A stretch of 64,000 bases of DNA from a bacterium (lineage in GTDB: Bacteria > Krumholzibacteriota > Krumholzibacteriia > LZORAL124-64-63), in the NCBI GenBank assembly GCA_031441465.1, contig JANOEP010000027.1, positions 1 to 64,000 of the forward strand. The letters are read 5' to 3'. Positions within the stretch are counted from its first letter, which is position 1. Each line of letters starts with the position of its first letter. Of the stretch, positions 56,895 to 64,000 are shown piece by piece. Both the position numbers and the translations under genes were made by a program. The notes beneath the pieces were generated by a model. The model was not told the DNA's origin and ran no database searches. It was given only the letters and a program-made list of their open reading frames with translations.

Positions 56895-59270
56895 CTACTT
56901 CACGAGCATCATCTTGCGCACGCCCACCTCGCCGTTGATCTCGAGGCGGTAGAAGTAGACGCCGGCCGGCGACAGCTGTCCGGTGGCGTCGCGGCCGTCC
57001 CACGTCATCGCGTGGGCGCCGGTCTCCAGACGTCCTTCGTGCAGGGAGCGCACGAGCCCGCCCTTCAGGTCGTAGACCCGCAGCGAGGCCGGGCCGGCCC
57101 GGTTGACCGTGAAGCTGATCTCGGTCTGCGGGTTGAAGGGGTTCGGACGGTTCTGCTCGAGCGCCATCCGCGACGGCGTCAGGTCGGGAGCCGCCGTGGT
57201 CTCGCAGTGGTGCAGCACGTCGAGCTGCAGGACCTGGGGACTGGCGGTGCTGTAGTTGTCGGCGTCGACGGTGAACGAGCGGTTGGCCTGGCCCGTGCAC
57301 TCGTAGACGTCGTTCACCATGTACTTGTAATCGGTGAAGATCTGGCTCGAGTCGGCGAACACGACCGACTTCGAGTAGATCCCGTCGCCGGCCGTCGCGT
57401 CCGGCGTGATGCCGTTGTCGAGCATGACGTTGAGCGAAGGCACGTCCCAGCTGAAGCTCGGGGGCGCGACGTTGCTCGCGGTGCCGTTGACCGACACCAC
57501 GTCGCCCGGGACGACCGGCGTCTGGCCGACGTTCGTGTCCACGCGGAAGACGACCCTGACCGGCCGCCAGGTGGTGGTGCAGCGGTCGAAGTGGACCACG
57601 GGCATGGCCAGCGGGCCCAGCGCGCCGCCGACGGTGTCGTAGAGTTCGTCGTTCAGGAAGACGCCGCGGTCGCCCTGCGCGAAGCACTCGTACGCGTCGT
57701 TGAGCAGGAACTTGTAGGTCACGTTCTTGCGCGAGCCGGCCGGGAAGGTGACGCGCTTCGAGTAGATGCCGTCACCGGCCGCGGCGTCCGGGGCGACGCC
57801 GTCGTCGGCCAGCAGGTTGATCGAGGGGACGGTGTAGTCCAGCGGCGCGTCGGAGCCGTTGACCGCCACCACGTCGCCGGGCGCGAAGCCGTAGACGTTC
57901 AGGTCCACGTACAGCAGCACGTCGATGGCGTGGGCGGTGAACTGGGTCGGGTCGGCGTTGTTCCACCACACGTCCAGGACGTCCTGGGCGCCGGTGGCGA
58001 GGTCCATCACGTGGTTGCGGTTGCCGGCGATCGGCTCGTAGGTCGCGCAGTTGTAGACCCACTTCCACTCCAGGTTGGCCGTGGCGGTGCCGGCGCCGCA
58101 GTTGCCGGGCAGGCAGAAGTCGGAGGCGACTTCGTAGACGCCGCCGCCCTGGTCCACGCCGGTCATGCCGTCGCACAGCGACCAGGTCAGCGGCAGAGTG
58201 CCGCCCTCGACGGTGAAGTCGCCGTAGGGCTGCGTCTGGCCGGTCAGGAACTGGCTCATGCGGCCGCGGAACACGACGTTCTTGATGGCGAAGCAGGTCG
58301 TGCTGCCCGCGACGATGGGGTTGCCCGCGAGGTCCTTCACGTTGTTCACGGTGACCGTGTACATCGTGGGGCTGGCCCCGATGTCGGCGTTCAGGGTCAG
58401 GTGGACGACGTTCAGGTTGAGGGCGTTGCGCGCGGCGGCGCTGACCGTCGCCCCGGTGACCAGGTAGTTGCCGGGCACCTGCGCGGTGGCGGCGCCGACC
58501 GGCTCGCTGAAGGTGACGTCGACGACGCTCGTGGTCAGGTGCTGCGCGCCGGACAGGGTCGGCGCGTCGTTGTCGGCGGCGTTCATGACGGTGAACGCCA
58601 GGTAATCGAACATCGGGATGTCGATCGGCGTGTCCCAGGTCGTCGAGCCCGGGGTCGACAGCTGGCTGGCGTCGTTGGCGGCGGCGTCCAGGGGGCCCTT
58701 GGTCGGGCTGTCCTGGGTGACCCAGGCCTCGACGTTGACGGCCGCTCCCGGCGCGACGCCCAGCGAGCCCAGCAGCACCCCCAGCTCGCAGAAGCCGTTG
58801 CCGGCGATCCAGCCAAGCGCGCCGTTGCCGGGCGCGGAGAGGTTGGCCCAGGCGGTGCCGTTCCAGTACAGGCCGCCCTGCCAGTTGTTGTCGAGGTTCA
58901 CGTAGAACATGAAGTCGGGCTTGTTGGCGGCCAGGCTCCACTCCAGCTGCCGGCCCCACGGGTCGAGGGTGCCGCCGGCGGCGGTGCCCACGTCGATGGC
59001 GATGCCCAGCTGGACCGTGCCGAAGTTGCCGTTGTCCTGCTCGAAGCCGACGTAGAGCTTCACGGCGTCGTTGGTCACGTAGAAATCGCCGATGTCGATC
59101 TGCGCGAACTGGGTGTCGCCGCCGTCGGCGTCCAGCAGGTTGGCCGGGTTGAAGTCGTTGACGCCATCGATGACGATGGTCTGCGGCACCTGGGCCGCGA
59201 GCGCCGCCGGCAAGGCCAGGGCGATCACAACCAGCAGCGCGGCGCGGGCCGGGGTTCGAGTCGTGCGCAT
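56895..59270 (-). CDS. Secreted non-catalytic multi-domain protein (DOMON/CBM9-like, Ig-like, two DDG..D..AGDGIYS repeats, FlgD-Ig CTD)
   Basis: Signal peptide (..ALAA|Q), LADDGVAPDAAAGDGIYS and LDNGITPDATAGDGIYS repeats, and a PNPFNP..YDLKG..WDGRD..GVYFY tail. Confidence 0.82.
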   Translation of the reverse strand: MRTTRTPARAALLVVIALALPAALAAQVPQTIVIDGVNDFNPANLLDADGGDTQFAQIDIGDFYVTNDAVKLYVGFEQDNGNFGTVQLGIAIDVGTAAGGTLDPWGRQLEWSLAANKPDFMFYVNLDNNWQGGLYWNGTAWANLSAPGNGALGWIAGNGFCELGVLLGSLGVAPGAAVNVEAWVTQDSPTKGPLDAAANDASQLSTPGSTTWDTPIDIPMFDYLAFTVMNAADNDAPTLSGAQHLTTSVVDVTFSEPVGAATAQVPGNYLVTGATVSAAARNALNLNVVHLTLNADIGASPTMYTVTVNNVKDLAGNPIVAGSTTCFAIKNVVFRGRMSQFLTGQTQPYGDFTVEGGTLPLTWSLCDGMTGVDQGGGVYEVASDFCLPGNCGAGTATANLEWKWVYNCATYEPIAGNRNHVMDLATGAQDVLDVWWNNADPTQFTAHAIDVLLYVDLNVYGFAPGDVVAVNGSDAPLDYTVPSINLLADDGVAPDAAAGDGIYSKRVTFPAGSRKNVTYKFLLNDAYECFAQGDRGVFLNDELYDTVGGALGPLAMPVVHFDRCTTTWRPVRVVFRVDTNVGQTPVVPGDVVSVNGTASNVAPPSFSWDVPSLNVMLDNGITPDATAGDGIYSKSVVFADSSQIFTDYKYMVNDVYECTGQANRSFTVDADNYSTASPQVLQLDVLHHCETTAAPDLTPSRMALEQNRPNPFNPQTEISFTVNRAGPASLRVYDLKGGLVRSLHEGRLETGAHAMTWDGRDATGQLSPAGVYFYRLEINGEVGVRKMMLVK

Positions 59271-59281
59271 GGACATCCTCC

Positions 59282-62200
59282 TCATTTCACCAGGGTGAGC
59301 GTCCGGGTCGCGACCCGGCCGCCGTGAACGAGCTTGCAGACGTAGGTGCCGGCGGCCAACACGCGGCCGTCGAGGCCGACGCCGCGCCACGCCACCGCGT
59401 GGGAACCGGGGGCCAGCGGACCGTCGACCAGCACGGCCACGCGTTCCCCCTTCAGGTTGAAGACAGCCAGGTTGACGGGCGCCGCCTCGTCGCCGGGCAA
59501 CTCGAAACGGATCTCGGTCCGGGGATTGAAGGGGTTGGGATAGGGCGGCGACAACGCCAGAACCGCCGGCGCCGGCGGGGTCGCGGTCGCCGACCAGGCG
59601 TCGGGCCGCCCGTCCCCGTCGTCGTCGACGGTGAAGGTCCAGACGGTGTCGATCGTCGGCAGGGCGGCCGCCGCGTTGCTGGGCGCCGAGTCGCCCCCGA
59701 GCACACCGCCGGGCTCGGGGTCCCAGCAGAGCGACGCCACCACCGAGAGCGTGGCGCCGGCGGGCACCCGCCCGGCGCCCAGCCCGAACAGGGTGTCCCA
59801 GGGAATGGCGAGCTCGCTGCCGCCGAGGTCGCCGTTCAAGTGCTGGGAATCGAAAGCCGAGACGATCTCGCCGGTGAGGTCGGCGGTCGTCGTCGGCGAG
59901 AGGATCCTCCAGAAGGAGTCGGAGTCCCAGACGGACTGGTGCTGGTAGCAGCCGTACTGGTAGTCGGCGCGGAAGCCGGGGGCCGTGAAGATCGCGCCGC
60001 GCTCCCAGACGTCGATCGCCGCGAGGTTGATCTGGCCCGCCGGCCCTCCGGGATCGGTGTCCAGGTACAGGAGCCAGGAGTTGCCGCTGACCCGGCCGTC
60101 GACGGCCAGGTAGAGGTAGGCGTCGTCCCAGCTGGCGTGCAGGCCGTCGATCTCGTTGCTGGAGGACCACGACGAGTCGTTCGGGTCCGACAACTCCAGG
60201 TACCCGTCCCACTCGCCCGCCTCGAGGCGCCCGTCGACGGCCACCAGCGTCGGGGCGCGCACCGCGACCGTGACGTCGTCGGCCGCGGTCACCGGCGCGT
60301 TGCCGGCGCCGCCGGGGTCGCGCACCGAGTCCGCCGTCAGCAGCAGCCGCAGGTCGGCGGGGTCCAGGGCCGACAGCGCCGCGCCGTCGGCGGCGTCCAG
60401 CTGCAGGGTGAGCGCGTCGCCCGCGAGGGTCTCGACCACGGTGGTCGCGGCGCCCAACGTGAGTTCGGCCGTGCCGTCGGCGTCCGCGTCGATGCCGAAT
60501 CCCGTCGGGTCCAGCGTGGCCGGGGCGGCCGCCTGGTCGAACGAGACCGCCAGCCGGCGCGACGTCGGGTAGTAGTCCGCCGCCACGGGCAGTGGGCCCA
60601 GGTCGTCGGTCAGGGTCGTCGCCAGCGCGCGCAACTCAGCGATCTCGCCGCCGGCGCCGGGCGCGCTCGTCACGCCGGCGAACAGCCGCACCGCGAAGGC
60701 TCCCGCACCCTTGATCTCGTCGCCCTTCATGAGCGTGCCCGCGAACTCGCCCTGATGGGACGCGCCGGCCGTGCCCAGCACCCAGGCCGCCGTCACGCCG
60801 GTCCAGGGGTTGCGCTGGCCCATGTAGGCGGCGTCGGCGACCCAGACCCGGTCCATCTGCGCGTTCCAGATCAGATCGACCAGGGACGGCGAAAAGCCGC
60901 TGCGGATCCAGTGGGTGCCCGCACCCACGCGGTAGACGGCCTCCAGGAAGCTGTCGCCCTCGGTCAGGCTGATCTCCTTGGACGTCTCCCCGCGCACCGC
61001 CCGCAGCGTCACCGTCGGGCCCGCGCCCTGGACGACCTGCAGGTCGTAGGTCTCGTGCTGGTGGTCCGGGCTCACGTCGCTGAAGGCGCCGACGTGGTTG
61101 GCGTCGTTGTAGTCGGCCTCGCCGTTCCACGAGGCGTTGTCGCAGCCGATGGCCGTGTCGCCGAGACCCGGCCCCTTGACGAAGAGGTTGACCAGGCGGC
61201 CGCCGGCGGCTTCGAAGACCGCGAACAGGTGGTCGTTGTGCAGGACGACCTCGTCGTGGCCGTCGTTGTCGAGGTCGACCGCGTAGGCGGCCGTCGTCTG
61301 GAGGTACAGGCCCGCGGCCCAGCGCGAGGCCTCGGCGTAGATCATCGCCTGCTTCACGTGCGCGGAGTAGTTGTGCTCCCAGCCGGGGATCGGCCCCACG
61401 AGGCCCTCGTGCCAGGCCGTCTCGTAGAGGTTGGTCATCAGCACGTACCAGCCGGCCTGCGAGATGTGGTTGTCCGGAGCGGCCATCAGCGCGTTGTAGG
61501 CGTCGTTCCACAGGGCGCCGTAGTTCTTGCAGTTGCCGCCCGCGCCGGCGCAGGCGCCGCCGCCGTCGCCGCCGTTGGCCCAGGGCACCCAGCCGGCCCA
61601 GTGGCCGTACCAACCGTTGTCGCCGCCGCCGTAGCCGCCGGTGCCGCCGATCTCGTTGTAGGTGCCGGGCACGGGCGAGAAGGTGTCGCCGTTGAAGTTC
61701 GGGTTGCTCAGGGCGTCGGCCAGCTTCCAGGTGGCGAGCCAGGCGCTCTCCTGGCTGCACTTGTTGACGAACCAGTCGTAGGTCTCCTTGGCGTTCGGGG
61801 TGGCCGAGGCCCAGCCGCCCATCTCGGCGATCGCCTCCCAGTCCTCGCCCGCGGTCGCGAGGCGGTACTCGCCGACACCCGACGCTGCCAGACCCGCCAG
61901 GATGTCCAGGGAACCCTGGCCGTTGCCGCCAACGATGTTGCCGGTGAAGCTGCGGTCGCGCGGAATCAGGCGCAGGCCGTTGGCCGCCAGGAAGTGGATC
62001 CGGTGGTTGTCGTGGCCCTGCAGGTGGACGTCGTCGTCCAGGATGACGCCCCAGACGCCGTGCGGCTGGAAATCGTCGCCGAGCCAGTCGTTGACGCCGC
62101 TGGACGGGTAGCCCGAGGTGTTGAGCCAGACGCGCTCGGGGATCCAGGCGACGCGCGGCTCGTAGCCGTAGCGCGTGGCGACCATGTCGGTCTCGATCGA

Positions 62201-63055
62201 GACCGCCCAGTCGTTCATCTCGTCGCGGACGAAGGGCATGATGTGCTGCGCGTAGGCGGAGGTGAGCATGCCGGCCCAGCCCGCGGCTGCGCCGTCGGCG
62301 AGCCAGGCGTTGAAGTCCTGCGGGTCGCCGCTGTTGTGGGCCCACTCGGCGGCGGTCTGCAGCGGGCCCGAGAGGTGGAAGTTGCCGGGCACGCCGGTCG
62401 CCTGGTGCACCTGGAGCGCCTCGTCGAAACCGCTGCCCTCGAGGTCGGCGCTGCGGCCGTGGAAGACGTCGCTGTAGCCGAGGCCCTGGTTGCCGTGCAG
62501 CACCAGGGCGCAGTTGGCGGCGTAGAGCTTGTCGGGAGGATCGTGGACGACGACCTCCTCGCCCGCCAGGGTGCTGACCGTCATCGTCAAGGGGCCCGCC
62601 GCGAGGTCCGCCGGCAGGTCCAGCCAGACCGCGTCGGGATCGCCCGCCCGCCTGCCGGCCCCCGCCGCGACGTAGGCACCGCCGGAGATTTCGAGCCGAT
62701 CCTCGAACAGGACCCTCGCCGCGGCGCCGGCGGTGGCGACGGTCACCTTCAACGGCACGGCGGCGGGGCCCGCTGTCAGTTCGCTGCCGGGGAACAGACC
62801 CGCCGGGCGCGCTTCGAGGCTGAGGAAGCTGATGCGCAGCCGGTCGACGCCGTCGCCGCGGTGCCGCGTCACCGCCAGCACGTCGGCGCAGGGAGGCAGG
62901 CCGGGCAAGTGCCCCACGCCGTCGACACCCAGGACGGTCACCGTTCCCACCGGAGCGGGAGCCCCGGCGGCCCGGGCGGAGCCGGTCGCCAGGACGCTCG
63001 CGGTCCCGATCACCAGGATTCCGACCGTCAACCGGCCTCGGAACAAGCGGCGCAT
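59282..63055 (-). CDS. Secreted divergent GH57-like enzyme with Ig, DOMON-like and FlgD-Ig CTD domains
   Basis: Signal peptide; LHGNQG, HLSGPL, YAQHIMP, WIPERVW, ILDD, EDWE and ETAWH occur in GH57 order. C-terminal PNPFNP..GTY domain. Confidence 0.78.
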   Translation of the reverse strand: MRRLFRGRLTVGILVIGTASVLATGSARAAGAPAPVGTVTVLGVDGVGHLPGLPPCADVLAVTRHRGDGVDRLRISFLSLEARPAGLFPGSELTAGPAAVPLKVTVATAGAAARVLFEDRLEISGGAYVAAGAGRRAGDPDAVWLDLPADLAAGPLTMTVSTLAGEEVVVHDPPDKLYAANCALVLHGNQGLGYSDVFHGRSADLEGSGFDEALQVHQATGVPGNFHLSGPLQTAAEWAHNSGDPQDFNAWLADGAAAGWAGMLTSAYAQHIMPFVRDEMNDWAVSIETDMVATRYGYEPRVAWIPERVWLNTSGYPSSGVNDWLGDDFQPHGVWGVILDDDVHLQGHDNHRIHFLAANGLRLIPRDRSFTGNIVGGNGQGSLDILAGLAASGVGEYRLATAGEDWEAIAEMGGWASATPNAKETYDWFVNKCSQESAWLATWKLADALSNPNFNGDTFSPVPGTYNEIGGTGGYGGGDNGWYGHWAGWVPWANGGDGGGACAGAGGNCKNYGALWNDAYNALMAAPDNHISQAGWYVLMTNLYETAWHEGLVGPIPGWEHNYSAHVKQAMIYAEASRWAAGLYLQTTAAYAVDLDNDGHDEVVLHNDHLFAVFEAAGGRLVNLFVKGPGLGDTAIGCDNASWNGEADYNDANHVGAFSDVSPDHQHETYDLQVVQGAGPTVTLRAVRGETSKEISLTEGDSFLEAVYRVGAGTHWIRSGFSPSLVDLIWNAQMDRVWVADAAYMGQRNPWTGVTAAWVLGTAGASHQGEFAGTLMKGDEIKGAGAFAVRLFAGVTSAPGAGGEIAELRALATTLTDDLGPLPVAADYYPTSRRLAVSFDQAAAPATLDPTGFGIDADADGTAELTLGAATTVVETLAGDALTLQLDAADGAALSALDPADLRLLLTADSVRDPGGAGNAPVTAADDVTVAVRAPTLVAVDGRLEAGEWDGYLELSDPNDSSWSSSNEIDGLHASWDDAYLYLAVDGRVSGNSWLLYLDTDPGGPAGQINLAAIDVWERGAIFTAPGFRADYQYGCYQHQSVWDSDSFWRILSPTTTADLTGEIVSAFDSQHLNGDLGGSELAIPWDTLFGLGAGRVPAGATLSVVASLCWDPEPGGVLGGDSAPSNAAAALPTIDTVWTFTVDDDGDGRPDAWSATATPPAPAVLALSPPYPNPFNPRTEIRFELPGDEAAPVNLAVFNLKGERVAVLVDGPLAPGSHAVAWRGVGLDGRVLAAGTYVCKLVHGGRVATRTLTLVK

Positions 63056-63160
63056 GGCATCCCCCCGGGCGTCGGCTGCACCGGCGCCCGCCACGATCCA
63101 CGTCAAAAAGGGCGCGTCGGGTCGTTTCGGGGCCGCCCGGCACGCAGGATTCCATAGGAG

Positions 63161-63190
63161 ATTGTATCAAATCTTGTGGGGGTATTGCAA
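63161..63190 (-). promoter_or_regulatory. Sigma70 promoter (extended -10) with an overlapping palindrome
   Basis: TTGCAA-N18-TACAAT with TGn. AGATT-N6-AATCT (63159-63174) overlaps the -10 box. Confidence 0.65.
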
Positions 63191-63215
63191 GTGGCATCGG
63201 CCGGCGCGGAGCGGA

Positions 63216-64000
63216 TCAGCCCTTCACGCCGCCCAGGGTGAGGCCGGAGATCAGGTACCGGCTGAGCAGCAGGAACAGGACCACGACCGGGATGCAGACC
63301 AGGACCGAACCGGCGGCGTAGTTGGCCCACTCGGTCTGGTAGGTGGAGGCCAGCGACTCGAGACCCAGCGGCAGGGTGTGCAGTTCGGCGCTCGGCAACA
63401 TGACGCGGGCCACGATGAACTCGCTCCAGCCGGTCATGAAGGAGAACAGCGCGGTGATCACCAGGGCCGGCGCGCTCAGCGGCAGCGTGACGCGGCGGAA
63501 GGCCTCGAAGCGGCTGGCGCCGTCGATCAGCGCCGCCTCCTCGAGGTCGACGGGGATCGTGTCGTAGTAGCCCTTCATGGTCCACACGCAGAACGGGAGC
63601 GCCGTGGCCACGTAGGCGATCACCACCCCGATCAGGGTGTCCACCAGCTGGACCTTGCGCATGATCATGTAGAGGGGCAGCAGGAGCATCGTCGCGGGGA
63701 ACATCTGCGTCACGAGGATCCCCTGCAGGGCGGCGCCGCGCCCGCGGAAGCGCGACCGCGAAAAAGCGTAGCCCGCCAGGCTGGCCAGCGAGACGCCGAT
63801 CAGCGCCGTGCTCACCGACACCAGCAGGCTGTTGCGCAGCCAGGTCGGGAACGGCTTGTCGAAGAGGATGGCGCGGTAGGCCGCCAGCGTCGCGCCCTGC
63901 GGGATCAGCCGCAGGTCCGTGGTGTAGAGCTGGTCGCCGGGCCGCAGCGAGATGTTGACGACCTGCAGGATCGGGTAGACCGAGAACAGCACGAACAACC
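63216..64000 (-). CDS. malG: Maltose/maltodextrin ABC permease; 5' end lies outside the window
   Basis: QMFP, KGYYDTIP.DLEEAA.IDGA (EAA motif) and terminal GLTLGGVKG. Confidence 0.9.
   Translation of the reverse strand, partial: LFVLFSVYPILQVVNISLRPGDQLYTTDLRLIPQGATLAAYRAILFDKPFPTWLRNSLLVSVSTALIGVSLASLAGYAFSRSRFRGRGAALQGILVTQMFPATMLLLPLYMIMRKVQLVDTLIGVVIAYVATALPFCVWTMKGYYDTIPVDLEEAALIDGASRFEAFRRVTLPLSAPALVITALFSFMTGWSEFIVARVMLPSAELHTLPLGLESLASTYQTEWANYAAGSVLVCIPVVVLFLLLSRYLISGLTLGGVKG

Noticed and set aside
56778..63157. Very long plus-strand ORFs (849 and 1277 aa), and similar ones elsewhere such as 47837-50074 and 23368-25620
   Set aside because: They are antisense shadows caused by high GC3 codon bias; the opposite strand carries the recognisable proteins.

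Overview
This 64 kb window is gene-dense, very GC-rich bacterial chromosome. Several secreted proteins end in PNPFNP/FlgD-Ig (T9SS-like) domains and one ends in a WGxVKxxY tail, which suggests an FCB-group candidate phylum such as Krumholzibacteriota or Latescibacterota (inference). I found no transposase, integrase, CRISPR array, tRNA or rRNA. In order, the window holds: a partial ygfK-like gene that the ORF track missed, a HAD phosphatase, a SPOR protein, fabH, rex with autoregulatory boxes, and an archaeal-type gatE-gatD pair. Next come a 5'-nucleotidase, a GT2-TPR gene behind a sigma28-type promoter, trmH-DUF116-UbiA, and adenosine deaminase preceded by an unannotated ~270-nt highly structured RNA. 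Then an outer-membrane barrel, sahR-ahcY, lpdA, an MFSD1-like transporter, etfBA, an FGE-domain lipoprotein, a FabK/NMO-family flavoprotein, a membrane Fe-S (EMO/FadF-like) oxidoreductase, a nucleotide-sugar operon ending in a catalytically eroded HemC-fold protein, and a PyrR-attenuated pyr operon with an inserted TPR lipoprotein. The last part has dusB, a secreted protein, GT4 plus a nitrilase, and a ~19 kb alpha-glucan locus (glgC, glgA, three GH57 proteins, a secreted debranching enzyme, a maltodextrin ABC transporter and CTD-bearing surface proteins). The strongest leads are the candidate novel ncRNA at 14550-14816, bacterial GatDE, the HemC pseudoenzyme and the GH57-based secreted starch system. 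All calls come from motif reading by eye; no searches were run.
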